Source: Actinomycetota bacterium (GTDB taxonomy: Bacteria > Actinomycetota > Actinomycetes > S36-B12). Taken from it: a DNA stretch of 64,000 nt. The notes beneath the pieces were generated by a model. It did not search any database, was not told the origin of the DNA, and was given only the letters and a program-made list of their open reading frames with translations. This document shows positions 47,849 through 57,415 of this stretch, in pieces (position 1 is the first letter of the stretch; each line of letters starts with the position of its first letter). The DNA is taken from positions 55,893 to 119,892 of the forward strand of contig JAFMCH010000002.1 of assembly GCA_017857875.1 (NCBI GenBank), written 5' to 3'. Both the position numbers and the translations under genes were made by a program.

Positions 47849-49231
47849 ATGGCACAGGCGAGCGGTGGAATGGTCGGTCACCCGGTCGCGCCTGTCGCCC
47901 GTTGTTCGGTGGGTTTTGCTCAGGGAAACCTGGAACAGGGTGTGATCAACGCTGTGCGCGAGGCTTCAGCCGGCTTGGGCACATCATCGCCCCTGCTCGC
48001 CATCATCACCGTCTGCGCGCCGAGTGATCCCGAAACCGGGGGGCGCGTGTTGGGACATGCATCGGCACTCGTTCGCGAGTTGTCGCCCGAGTGCACGGTG
48101 ATCGGTGCCACCACCCACGGTGTCCTGGCCGCAGCTCAGGCGGTTGAGGTGGCTCCAGGCGTGAGCGTATGGCTGGCATCGTGGCCGGGAACGCCACCGC
48201 GTCCTTTTCGCGTACATGCCCGCGTGGAAGGGCCAGAGCAGGTCGCCGTCCATGGCCTTCCTGACCTGACCGACGATGACCGCCTTGCGTTCGTGTTAGC
48301 TGACCCGCACACCACACCGGTGGACGACATACTCGCCGCATTCGATCGAGTAGATGGGCCGTTGCCGCTGGTGGGGGCGCTCGTGTCCGGCGGTGTTGAC
48401 GATGATGACACCCGGCTGCTGCTGGGCGGCTCAGTGCTGACTGAGGGCGCCGTTGGTGTGGTGCTGGATGCAAAATCACCGGTACGGGCCATGGTCAGCC
48501 AGGGATTCCAGCCGATCGGCCCCGCACTTGCCGTGACGTCTGCACGTGGGGGCTACCTCATTGAGTGGGGCGGTCAGCCAGCCCTCACTCGCGTACGGTC
48601 GATTGTCGCTGAGCTTCCCGCCGAAGAGCAGGCACTCGCCGTGCGCGGCCTGCACATGGGATTTGCCCACGACCCGCGCTCATCAGGCGACACCGCAGCT
48701 GACTTTTTGATGCGTCCGATCATCGGCATCGATCCGGTGGCTGGAGCAATCACCATCGGCGAGGAACTGCAGGTCGGCCAGCTACTGCGGTTGCATCTGC
48801 GGGACGCTGACTCAGCGCATGAAGACCTTGTCGATGTAGTGGATGCTGTTGTGAGCGCGCAGCAACCGGTGGGGGCGTTCATCGTGACCTGCAGTGGTCG
48901 GGGCAGGTCGATGTTCACCACCAGTGGCCATGATTCGTCAACATTCACAGACCTTTCGGGCACTTCCGCCGTTGGCGGACTCTTCGCTGCGGGTGAGGTG
49001 GGGCCTGTCGGTGGTCGTAATCACCTACACAGTTTCACGGCGGTCTTTCTCATTGTTGACCCGGTGATCGACCCGGTTGCCGTCGAGGTTGAGCGTCGGG
49101 CGCCGATCGACGAGTTGCACGCACCGTTCACGGATGACGACGGTGACGCTTTTGACGCTGAACTCGCTGCTCTGCTGGGCAATGACTCCGACCATGCCGA
49201 AGACCCCACACCGCCGCGTGACCCCGAGTAG
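47849..49231 (+). CDS. FIST-domain (FIST_N + FIST_C) putative sensory protein
   Basis: FIST-like segments are present (GATTHGVL..., IVTCSGRGRSMF, FAAGEVGPVGGRNHLHSFTAV). I chose the ATG at 47849, which has GGAGGA 9 nt upstream. The C-terminal tail is acidic. Confidence 0.7.
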   Translation: MAQASGGMVGHPVAPVARCSVGFAQGNLEQGVINAVREASAGLGTSSPLLAIITVCAPSDPETGGRVLGHASALVRELSPECTVIGATTHGVLAAAQAVEVAPGVSVWLASWPGTPPRPFRVHARVEGPEQVAVHGLPDLTDDDRLAFVLADPHTTPVDDILAAFDRVDGPLPLVGALVSGGVDDDDTRLLLGGSVLTEGAVGVVLDAKSPVRAMVSQGFQPIGPALAVTSARGGYLIEWGGQPALTRVRSIVAELPAEEQALAVRGLHMGFAHDPRSSGDTAADFLMRPIIGIDPVAGAITIGEELQVGQLLRLHLRDADSAHEDLVDVVDAVVSAQQPVGAFIVTCSGRGRSMFTTSGHDSSTFTDLSGTSAVGGLFAAGEVGPVGGRNHLHSFTAVFLIVDPVIDPVAVEVERRAPIDELHAPFTDDDGDAFDAELAALLGNDSDHAEDPTPPRDPE

Positions 49232-49306
49232 TGCTCGCACGCTGACTCATCCACAGCGGTCAGACATCTATTGGGTTGAGCAGCAGGTCAGATCTAGGTT
49301 GACCGT

Positions 49307-49825
49307 ATGAGGGATTCAGATCGCGCCGCGGTGTATGCGGTGGAAGACCAGGTGGCGGTCGCGCTAGAACGTGGTGGCGTCATTGATTTCTTCGGTTCTA
49401 CGTTGGTGTTGCCTACAGAGCGACGCTTTGGCGATATTGCATCGATTCAGCGTTATGTAGATCTGGTTATCTCACGATTGTCCTTGCCGATGAGGCGCGT
49501 GCAACCTGTCACTGTTCGCAGTAGAAAGGGCGCCACGAAGGCTCACTATGAACCGGCGCGAGAGGGTGGCACGGCTGTGATCGCCGTTCCAATCGACGGT
49601 GTGGTCGGGTCGAACTGGGCGGCTCGCGAAACCGTTGTGCTACACGAAATTACACATCACATTGTGATGACCTCCGCAGTACCGTCAACGAGTTCTCATG
49701 ACCGGTACTACCGCGGATCACTTGTCCGTGTCTACCGCGAGATATTGGGCGATGAGGCGGCTTTGGTGCTCAGCAGCGCGCTAGCGGCGGCTGGCCTTGA
49801 TGTTGCACAGCTGGAGTCGTCATGA
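49307..49825 (+). CDS. putative HExxH metallohydrolase (resembles the actinobacterial TIGR04338-type family, from memory)
   Basis: Length is 172 aa. The single zinc-motif candidate HEITHH and an N-terminal RAAVYAVED segment are present. Confidence 0.5.
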   Translation: MRDSDRAAVYAVEDQVAVALERGGVIDFFGSTLVLPTERRFGDIASIQRYVDLVISRLSLPMRRVQPVTVRSRKGATKAHYEPAREGGTAVIAVPIDGVVGSNWAARETVVLHEITHHIVMTSAVPSTSSHDRYYRGSLVRVYREILGDEAALVLSSALAAAGLDVAQLESS

Positions 49826-50640
49826 GCACGTCACAGCGAGTCATTGATCGCATTGCGGCCCTCTTAGCGAAAGCCGAGCGAACCGAGCACCCTGAGGAGG
49901 CAGCCGCGTATTTGGCGAAGGCTCAATCGCTGGCCACTCAATCGAGTGTCGATTTAGCAATGGCGCGCGCTCGAACAGCTCGGCGGGAGGAGCGCGAACA
50001 ACCCACTCAACGGACGATCACCATCGGTGAGCGCGGCAAACGAGCCAACACTCATCTCGTGACGCTCTATGTGTCGGTCGGTCGGTGCAATGACCTGCAG
50101 ATCGATGTTGCGCATAACTCCACATACGTGATCGCCTACGGCATGCCCAGTGATATTGACCTCACCACCGCGCTATTTGCCTCATTGGCAACCCAAATGA
50201 CCGCATCGGCCACTTCCTGGTTAGCGCTCGGCACGTGGCGCGAGGACTCTTATCTTTCTCGTGAAGGTTTCGCTAAGCCACACACAGCGCAAACCGCTCG
50301 AACCGCCTTTTATAGAGCCTTTATTGACCGCATTGCGACAAGGCTGCAGCAGGCGCGAGATGAGGTGATTGACCGGATCAAGAGTGAATCAGTATCGGTC
50401 GCTTCGGATATTTCTGCCTCCGGTCAGACAACCGGCGCACTGGTCCTGAGAGGCAAGGAAAAGGAGATACGCAACTTCTATAAGTCAGCCTCGTCGGCCC
50501 GTGGCTCCTGGAGTGGATACTCCGGATCAATGACGCGACATGGCGGTGCAGCCGCACGGGCTGGACGCACGGCGGGGGATCAAGCACGGCTGGCGCGTGC
50601 GCGTGAGATTTCAGGAGTGGACCGCGCTATCGGCGAGTAA
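49822..50640 (+). CDS. DUF2786-domain protein
   Basis: The N-terminal RIAALLAKAERTEHPEEAAAYLAKAQSLA is the hallmark DUF2786 helix pair. The start forms an ATGA overlap with the upstream gene. Confidence 0.65.
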   Translation: MSTSQRVIDRIAALLAKAERTEHPEEAAAYLAKAQSLATQSSVDLAMARARTARREEREQPTQRTITIGERGKRANTHLVTLYVSVGRCNDLQIDVAHNSTYVIAYGMPSDIDLTTALFASLATQMTASATSWLALGTWREDSYLSREGFAKPHTAQTARTAFYRAFIDRIATRLQQARDEVIDRIKSESVSVASDISASGQTTGALVLRGKEKEIRNFYKSASSARGSWSGYSGSMTRHGGAAARAGRTAGDQARLARAREISGVDRAIGE

Positions 50641-52051
50641 GGGTCATCGGCAAGGCAGGAGAGGGTCGTAAAGTCACCATGGGGTTCGGTGTGATTGATT
50701 GCCCGGCAACAAGTTGTGGGGTCCAACGCTGGCCAAGAGTGGCGAGGATGAGGGCCGCTTCGGTCCACGCGAATGCCTCACCGATGCAGCGTCGATTGCC
50801 CCAACCAAAAGGAAACCAGGAGCCGCGGGGTTGACCGGGGGCAGTTTCATCAAAGTCACCATCAGTGGTGAGCCAGCGTTGTGGGCGAAATGCCAGCGGC
50901 TGATCCCACCAGCGACTATCACGCTGCTGCACGTACTGGCTGGCCAAGCAGATGGCCCCGCGCGGAATCTGCCATCCATCAATCTCCACATCGGTCAGCA
51001 GTCGACGACCCATCACCCAGGCTGCCGGGTAAAGGCGCAAAATTTCAGCGATGGTGGCTCGTGTGCGCGGCAGCGAATCCAGGTCGGCCATCGACGGGTT
51101 TCGTCCGGCAAGTACCTGATCGAGTTCATCGGTCAGCCAGGTGCGGGCGACCGGGTTTGTCGCCAGCATCAGCCAGCCCCACGCCATGGTCATGGCCGTG
51201 GTTTCGTGGCCCGCCAGCACGAGAGTCATCGCCTCATCACGAACCTGTTCATCAGTCATTCCACTGCCCTCATCCTGCGCTGAGATAAGCATGCTGAGCA
51301 TGTCGTCCTGATCGCCACCGGCTCTGTGGGTGTCGATTAAGCGCTGCACGACCTCATCAAGGGCTGCAGCCGCCATCACTGCCTTGCGTCGGCCTGGACT
51401 TGGTATGCGGAGCGCTGCTGGACCCATGATGAGCCTTTGGCCCATGCCCTCGAGCACGGTTGAGAGCGCCTCGCCTACGCGTCCGGCGTCACCGGAAAGG
51501 TCACTACCAAAAAGAGTGCGGCCGACGATGGCAAGTGTAAGTGCTGACATGTCTTGCACCATGTCGACGCGTTTTCCGTCCTGCCATTCGCGTTCATGAA
51601 TGACGGTCAGCTCACTCATCTGCTCGGCGTACCGGTTAATGCGGTCTCGGTGGAAGGCAGGCTGCACCAAGCGTCTTTGCCGAAGGTGGACGGCTCCCTC
51701 ACTTGTTAAGAGTCCGTTTCCCAGTAACGCTTTGGCTCCTTGAAGCCCCCGGCCTTTGATTGTTTCTTTGCCGTGCGTGTGCATCACCGTAAGGATCGCG
51801 TCAGGCGAATTCAAGAAGTACAAGTGCTCGCCCAGCAATCGAGTATGAGAAAGCGTGGGGTGTCGTTTCGCGTCTGCGACGAATAGATCCAAAACATCAG
51901 GGCCTTTGCGGAACCCTTGAATGAGCCCAAGAGACGAGATACCGGGTGGGCGCGCGATTGTCGAATTTCGATCCTTGGGAGGTTCGATGTCGCTGTGCTT
52001 CACACGCTGGGTGGCGCGGCGGGTGGCTTCGCGAACCGACAGGGTGCTCAT
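50627..52051 (-). CDS. cytochrome P450
   Basis: The heme-binding FPFGWGNRRCIGEAFA, I-helix LAGHETT and ExxR (EILR) motifs are present. The start is uncertain. I chose the ATG at 52051, because the ORF start at 52147 would overlap ilvA. Confidence 0.88.
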   Translation of the reverse strand: MSTLSVREATRRATQRVKHSDIEPPKDRNSTIARPPGISSLGLIQGFRKGPDVLDLFVADAKRHPTLSHTRLLGEHLYFLNSPDAILTVMHTHGKETIKGRGLQGAKALLGNGLLTSEGAVHLRQRRLVQPAFHRDRINRYAEQMSELTVIHEREWQDGKRVDMVQDMSALTLAIVGRTLFGSDLSGDAGRVGEALSTVLEGMGQRLIMGPAALRIPSPGRRKAVMAAAALDEVVQRLIDTHRAGGDQDDMLSMLISAQDEGSGMTDEQVRDEAMTLVLAGHETTAMTMAWGWLMLATNPVARTWLTDELDQVLAGRNPSMADLDSLPRTRATIAEILRLYPAAWVMGRRLLTDVEIDGWQIPRGAICLASQYVQQRDSRWWDQPLAFRPQRWLTTDGDFDETAPGQPRGSWFPFGWGNRRCIGEAFAWTEAALILATLGQRWTPQLVAGQSITPNPMVTLRPSPALPMTLTRR

Positions 52052-52100
52052 GGTTGAAGTGTGCACCGGATCACCGCTGATGTCATGACAGGATGCGTAT

Positions 52101-53327
52101 GTGACTGACCGAACAACATCACGCCGGCTGCCGGATTTGGCCGACATTGAGGCGGCGCGTGAAGTTCTGGCACCGGTTATCCGTCACAATCCGCTGGCGG
52201 GTGCGCGCTGGTTGACAGATCGGGTCGGGTCGTCGGTCTATCTTGCGCCGGAAAACCTTCAACGTGCTGGATCCTTCAAGATTCGCGGCGCCTACGTCTA
52301 CCTCAGTCGGTTGACTGCGCAGGAGCGGTCACGCGGAGTGGTGGCTGCATCGGCAGGCAATCACGCGCAGGGAGTAGCGCTCGCGGCTCAGTTGCTAGGT
52401 ATTGAGGCAACGGTGTTCATGCCTGAAGGCGCCAGCATTCCGAAGGTTTCGGCGACCCGTGCCTACGGTGCGTCTGTTCGGTTTGCGGGGGAGACCATCG
52501 AGGGGGCCCTCAAGGCCGCAACACACTTCGCTGCGGAAACCGGTGCCATCTTGGTTCACCCGTTCGACCACCCTGATGTTGTTGCCGGTCAGGGCACCTT
52601 GGGTCTTGAGATTCTCGAACAGTGTCCGCAGGTCAAGACGGTTGTGGTGTGTACGGGCGGCGGCGGATTGCTCGCTGGCGTAGCCCTGGCGGTCAAGTCA
52701 CTGCGCCCTGACGTCAAGGTGATTGGCGCGCAAGCTGCCGGGGCCGCGGCCTACCCGGCTTCACTCCAGATGGGCTCGCCGCAGACATTGGAATCAATGC
52801 GCACCATGGCTGATGGCATTGCGGTGGGGCGACCCGGCGATGTGCCGTTCGCGATTATCCAAGACCTCGTCGATGACATCCGCATCGTTAGCGAGGACTC
52901 ACTCGCCCGCGCGCAGGTGCTCTTGTTGGAGCGAGCAAAGATGGTGGTGGAGCCAGCCGGTGCCGCGGCCGTCGCAGCTATTTTGGATGACCCCGAATCC
53001 TTTGATGGCCCAGTCGTGGCAACGCTGTCGGGGGGCAACGTCGATCCGTTGCTGTTGATGCGCGTCGTGCGCCATGGCCTCGCCGCGGCGGGGCGTTACA
53101 CGACGCTGAAATTGCGAATGTCCGACCGCCCTGGCTCATTGGCGGGCCTCTTGCATGACATCGGAACTCATGAGGCGAATGTTGTTGATGTGCGCCACAC
53201 CCGCACCGAACCGCGACTATCTATCGATGAGGTGGAGATCGCCATCGAGCTAGAAACTCGTGGCCCCACCCATCGCGATGAGGTCATCAGTGACCTTCGA
53301 GCGCGCGGCTACGTGATTATCGACTAG
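52101..53327 (+). CDS. ilvA: threonine ammonia-lyase (threonine dehydratase)
   Basis: The PLP-lysine motif GSFKIRGA and the GGGGL loop are present, with a single C-terminal ACT-like regulatory domain. Length is 408 aa. Confidence 0.9.
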   Translation: MTDRTTSRRLPDLADIEAAREVLAPVIRHNPLAGARWLTDRVGSSVYLAPENLQRAGSFKIRGAYVYLSRLTAQERSRGVVAASAGNHAQGVALAAQLLGIEATVFMPEGASIPKVSATRAYGASVRFAGETIEGALKAATHFAAETGAILVHPFDHPDVVAGQGTLGLEILEQCPQVKTVVVCTGGGGLLAGVALAVKSLRPDVKVIGAQAAGAAAYPASLQMGSPQTLESMRTMADGIAVGRPGDVPFAIIQDLVDDIRIVSEDSLARAQVLLLERAKMVVEPAGAAAVAAILDDPESFDGPVVATLSGGNVDPLLLMRVVRHGLAAAGRYTTLKLRMSDRPGSLAGLLHDIGTHEANVVDVRHTRTEPRLSIDEVEIAIELETRGPTHRDEVISDLRARGYVIID

Positions 53328-53387
53328 CCGTCGACGAGCGCAGTCGTAGCGGTGGGTCGAGCATTTTCACCCGTGTAGCCTCTGCAT

Positions 53388-54338
53388 GTGGTTGCAGTCA
53401 TCGAAGCTCACGGTCTGGTCAAGAAGTTTGGTGATGTGGTCGCCCTGGATGGTCTCGACCTAGTCGTCCCCGAGGGCACGGTTGTGGGGCTGCTAGGCCC
53501 CAATGGCGCGGGCAAGACAACGGCCGTTCGCATCTTGACGACCCTGCTCAAGCCAGATACCGGGAACGCCACGGTAGCGGGCTTTGATGTTGTGAGACAG
53601 CCAAATAAGGTGCGTGGCGTCATTGGCTTGACCGGGCAATATGCGGCCGTTGATGAGTACCTCACCGGTCGGGAGAACCTGCGGATGTTTGGCGACCTCT
53701 ATCACTTGAAGGCCTCCTATGTGCGTGAGCGCAGTTTGGAATTGCTCGAGCGCTTCGATCTGGCCGATGCAGCCGATCGCTCGCTACGCACATATTCCGG
53801 TGGCATGCGTCGCAGACTCGACCTGGCGGCCAGCCTCATCGCCAAGCCCAGCATTTTGTTCCTTGACGAACCCACGACTGGTCTTGATCCACGATCACGA
53901 CTGGGGCTTTGGGAGGTGATCACCGATCTTGTGGCAGAAGGCACGACGGTGTTGCTGACCACGCAATACCTCGAAGAAGCTGATCAACTGGCTGAGGAAA
54001 TCGTTGTCATCGACCACGGTCGCGTCATCGCGAAGGGCACGTCGGACACCCTCAAGGATGATGTGGGCGGCGACCGCATTGAGGTCGTTTTGACCGATCG
54101 TGGCCTGCTCGAGCGGGCCGCCGCTCTGTTGGCGCCTGTCGCTACCGGCGAAATTGTGACTGATCACGAGGAAGCACGGGTCGCTGTTCCGGTGACCGGT
54201 GGCTCGGCCTCACTGATTGATGCCATTCGGCGCCTTGATAGCGAGGGAATTGACATCGCAGACGTTGTGCTTCGTCGACCGACCCTTGATGATGTGTTCC
54301 TTACCCTGACGGGTCATGTTGCAGAGGACGAATCATGA
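53388..54338 (+). CDS. ABC transporter ATP-binding protein (DrrA/ABC-2 exporter type)
   Basis: Walker A GPNGAGKTT, signature YSGGMRRRL and Walker B ILFLDEPTTGLD are present. Confidence 0.9.
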   Translation: MVAVIEAHGLVKKFGDVVALDGLDLVVPEGTVVGLLGPNGAGKTTAVRILTTLLKPDTGNATVAGFDVVRQPNKVRGVIGLTGQYAAVDEYLTGRENLRMFGDLYHLKASYVRERSLELLERFDLADAADRSLRTYSGGMRRRLDLAASLIAKPSILFLDEPTTGLDPRSRLGLWEVITDLVAEGTTVLLTTQYLEEADQLAEEIVVIDHGRVIAKGTSDTLKDDVGGDRIEVVLTDRGLLERAAALLAPVATGEIVTDHEEARVAVPVTGGSASLIDAIRRLDSEGIDIADVVLRRPTLDDVFLTLTGHVAEDES

Positions 54339-55204
54339 GTGCTGCTGAAAAGACCGCCGGGTCGGCGCCGACGCGGTCGCGTCCCATCGTGGGTTGGGGC
54401 GTGCACGATGGTTTGGTCGTTGCGCGACGCAACCTCATTCAAACCGTTCGAGTGCCCGAACTGCTCTTCTTTTCCTTGGTTCAGCCTGTCATTTTCGTGT
54501 TACTTTTCGCCTTCGTTTTCGGTGGAGCAATTCCAATCCCAGGAGCCGACCCGGGTTCGGCCCCTGATACGAGCGTCTATCGGCAGTACCTGATGCCTGG
54601 GATTTTCGGCCAGACGGTTGCCTTTGCTGCTGCAGCCTCGACAGTAGGACTAGCCGAGGATATGCATCGAGGGCTGATCGATCGCTTCAGGTCGCTTCCT
54701 ATGTCGACCGGTGCCGTCCTTTTTGGTCGCACCTTCGCTGATGCAGCCCGCCAGATCTTGGTGCTGATCGTGCTCGGCATTACCGGGTATTTGGTTGGCT
54801 GGCGCATCAACGATGGCGTATTCAACGCAACGCTGGCCTTCATCCTGCTGTTGTTCTTTGCCTACACCGTTGCCTGGGTTGGTTCGTGGATCGGCTTGTA
54901 CATGCCAAATCCCGAGACCGCGAATACAGCCGGATTGGTGTGGTTGTTCCCGTTGACGTTCTTGTCGAATGCCTTCGTGCCGATCACATCTATGCCCGAC
55001 TGGTTGCAGCCGATTGCTCAGTGGAATCCGATCTCATCGCTAGTTCTGGCCACGCGAGACCTGTTCGGAAATCCGACGGGCATCATTGGTGATGCGTGGC
55101 CGCAACAAAATCCAGTGCTCTACACGTTGATTTCGTGTGCGGTGCTGATCGCGATCTTCGCGCCGTTGTCTATACGTCGATACCGACGCACTACCGCTCG
55201 CTGA
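54335..55204 (+). CDS. ABC-2 type transporter permease
   Basis: There are six hydrophobic spans. The start forms an ATGA overlap with the ATPase gene. Confidence 0.85.
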   Translation: MSAAEKTAGSAPTRSRPIVGWGVHDGLVVARRNLIQTVRVPELLFFSLVQPVIFVLLFAFVFGGAIPIPGADPGSAPDTSVYRQYLMPGIFGQTVAFAAAASTVGLAEDMHRGLIDRFRSLPMSTGAVLFGRTFADAARQILVLIVLGITGYLVGWRINDGVFNATLAFILLLFFAYTVAWVGSWIGLYMPNPETANTAGLVWLFPLTFLSNAFVPITSMPDWLQPIAQWNPISSLVLATRDLFGNPTGIIGDAWPQQNPVLYTLISCAVLIAIFAPLSIRRYRRTTAR

Positions 55205-55220
55205 TGAGTTCGGCGAGTAC

Positions 55221-55712
55221 CTAAGTGCTGTAGGGCTCGACCTTCAGGATTTTCACCGTCATCTGATTGCCATTTGTCAGCGTGTAGGTAGCCTCATCGC
55301 CGACGTGGCGCCCTAGCACTGCTTGGCCTAGCGGAGATGTGGGGGAGTAGACCTCGATTGATGCATGCGCGGCCTCCTCCCGTGAACCAAGGAGAAACGT
55401 CTCATCATCGTCAAATTCGACGAAGCGGATAGTGATGACCTTGCCGTGGGACACCTCATCGACGGCTGCGTCGGGAACACCGATCCGCGAGTTCTCCAAT
55501 AGGTGCCGCAACTGGCGCACGCGAGCCTCGTTTTTCCCCTGCTCCTCTTTGGCTGCGTGATAGCCACCGTTTTCCTTGAGGTCACCCTCGTCGCGAGCCA
55601 ATTCGATGCGTTTGGTGATCTCACTTCGACGTGCGCCGGTGCGCTCAGCGAGTTCAGCTTCCAGTCGATCAAAGGCCTCCTGGGTGAGCCAGGTCACATC
55701 CTCTGCGGTCAT
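55221..55712 (-). CDS. greA: transcription elongation factor GreA
   Basis: An N-terminal coiled coil (WLTQEAFDRLEAEL...ARDEGDLKENGGYHAAKEEQ) is followed by a C-terminal FKBP-like domain. Confidence 0.95.
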   Translation of the reverse strand: MTAEDVTWLTQEAFDRLEAELAERTGARRSEITKRIELARDEGDLKENGGYHAAKEEQGKNEARVRQLRHLLENSRIGVPDAAVDEVSHGKVITIRFVEFDDDETFLLGSREEAAHASIEVYSPTSPLGQAVLGRHVGDEATYTLTNGNQMTVKILKVEPYST

Positions 55713-56203
55713 TAACCCAGGTTAGCCGCGGGTTCCCACGGCTGCTCAGGAGGCAGCACCCCGGGTGGGAATTGCGGGGGCATCACTCGATCAGGAAGGC
55801 CGCCAGCCGCACAGCCCAGTAGTTCCACGACGTATGCCGGGGCAATGGTTCGCAGTGCGTATGTCTGTTGTACGTAGGTGGTGCCGCGGGGCAGGTTGAC
55901 CGTGGCATAGCCCACATCGGCCCGAGTTTGATCTTGTGCCCGGATCACGCACACCACGTCGCTGTCGGCAGATCGACGCACGTCAAAGGTTACATCGACG
56001 TGCTCGGCTGAAACTACGTTCCAGGCGAGCAGCTCCGATTGCACGTCATCGGATCCCAACTGATAGCCGACCCAGGCAATGGCCGAAATAAAGGCGGCGA
56101 CGACCACACCGATTCCGGTGTAGACCCACCATGGTGTGGGGCGGATGCCGTACCGGTCCCGTAGCTCGGGGCTGAGCTGGCTTACGGGGACTCCACTGGG
56201 CAT
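55712..56203 (-). CDS. DUF4307-like membrane-anchored protein
   Basis: A single N-terminal TM helix is present. The gene sits immediately upstream of greA with a TAATG overlap. The family call is from memory of this conserved position. Confidence 0.55.
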   Translation of the reverse strand: MPSGVPVSQLSPELRDRYGIRPTPWWVYTGIGVVVAAFISAIAWVGYQLGSDDVQSELLAWNVVSAEHVDVTFDVRRSADSDVVCVIRAQDQTRADVGYATVNLPRGTTYVQQTYALRTIAPAYVVELLGCAAGGLPDRVMPPQFPPGVLPPEQPWEPAANLG

Positions 56204-56252
56204 GGCACACCTCCTCGCGCGAGCTTCGGACTGACTTGCGACACTAGCCTGT

Positions 56253-57146
56253 GTGACCGAACCACTCAGACTACTGTCCGTGCACGCTCACCCAGACGAT
56301 GAGGCGAGCAAGGGTGCGGCAACCTCCGCTCGATACGTTAAGGAGGGCGTGGAGGTAATGGTCGTCACGTGCACCGGCGGCGAGCGTGGTGATGTACTGC
56401 ATGAGGCAGCGCAGACTGAAGTGGACGAACTCGGCTTGCCGGCGGTTCGTCAGCGCGAAATGGCCGCAGCCGTTGCGGCATTGGGTGTCCAGCACCGATG
56501 GTTGGGATTTGAAGATTCCGGTTATCCGGCCCATCTTGACGGTGGAGAGCCTGAACCATTGCCGCCGGGTTGTTTCGCCGATGTACCGCTTGAGGATGCG
56601 ACGGCGGCGTTGATTGCCATCATCCGAGAGTTTAGGCCGCAGGTGATGACGACCTATGACGAAAACGGTGGATACCCCCATCCCGATCACATCCGAACCC
56701 ATGAAATCGCTTGGGAAGCTTTTCACTATTCCGCTGACACCAAGAAGTATCCGGGCGGCGAACCCTGGCAGGTAGCAAAGCTTTACTACAACATGACTTT
56801 TCATCAGCAGCGTGTGCAGGCTTTGCATGATGCCCTCACCGATCGCGAGATTGAGTCGCCCTTTGCACGCTGGCTAGACCGGTGGGCCGAAGAACCGCCT
56901 GAGGATGATTCGTGGCGCATCACAACGCGCGTCAACGTCGAGGATTTTTTTGATCACCGCGATGCAGCTCTTTTGGCGCACCACACGCAGGTTGATCCGG
57001 CGGGACTTTGGTTTGCCGTTCCCCGGGATGTGGAACGGGATGTCTGGCCGACCGAGGACTTCCAACTGGCATTGAGTCGTGTTGATTCGCAGACCCCAGA
57101 AGATGACCTCTTCGCAGGACTAAGGAGTGCCCCATGGCTGGGCTAA
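56253..57146 (+). CDS. mca: mycothiol S-conjugate amidase (LmbE-like deacetylase family)
   Basis: VHAHPDDE and TCTGGERGD motifs are present, which are Mca-type rather than MshB-type. The gene is divergent from the greA cluster, as in mycobacteria. Confidence 0.8.
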   Translation: MTEPLRLLSVHAHPDDEASKGAATSARYVKEGVEVMVVTCTGGERGDVLHEAAQTEVDELGLPAVRQREMAAAVAALGVQHRWLGFEDSGYPAHLDGGEPEPLPPGCFADVPLEDATAALIAIIREFRPQVMTTYDENGGYPHPDHIRTHEIAWEAFHYSADTKKYPGGEPWQVAKLYYNMTFHQQRVQALHDALTDREIESPFARWLDRWAEEPPEDDSWRITTRVNVEDFFDHRDAALLAHHTQVDPAGLWFAVPRDVERDVWPTEDFQLALSRVDSQTPEDDLFAGLRSAPWLG

Positions 57147-57415
57147 CCGTGCTAGCGACGCAAGCGTGGGTGTCCCTCGTGGCGGCCGACCCGAGTCCGT
57201 TGCCCGATGAACCGCCCATCGACCCTTCGCGGGTGACACCCGGACTACTGGGCCTCGTAGCGTTCTTGTTCTTAATCGTGGCCGTGGCTTTTCTCTATCG
57301 TTCGTTGCGTAAACAACTGAAGCGGGTCGACGATGATCTGCCAGACGCCGGTACCCCGCGACGTCTCGGATTCGACGATCCCTCGGACAGCCATGGAAAA
57401 CCCACCAGTCCGTAG
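57134..57415 (+). CDS. small single-pass membrane protein, unknown function
   Basis: This is a 93-aa ORF with one TM helix (LLGLVAFLFLIVAVAFLY). It overlaps both neighbouring genes. Confidence 0.4.
   Translation: MAGLTVLATQAWVSLVAADPSPLPDEPPIDPSRVTPGLLGLVAFLFLIVAVAFLYRSLRKQLKRVDDDLPDAGTPRRLGFDDPSDSHGKPTSP

Noticed and set aside
52052-52147. A possible longer P450 N-terminus starting at the ATG at 52147
   Set aside because: It would overlap the divergent ilvA coding start by 47 nt and would add a non-P450-like leader. Neither candidate start has a good SD, so the shorter start (52051) is preferred, with low certainty.
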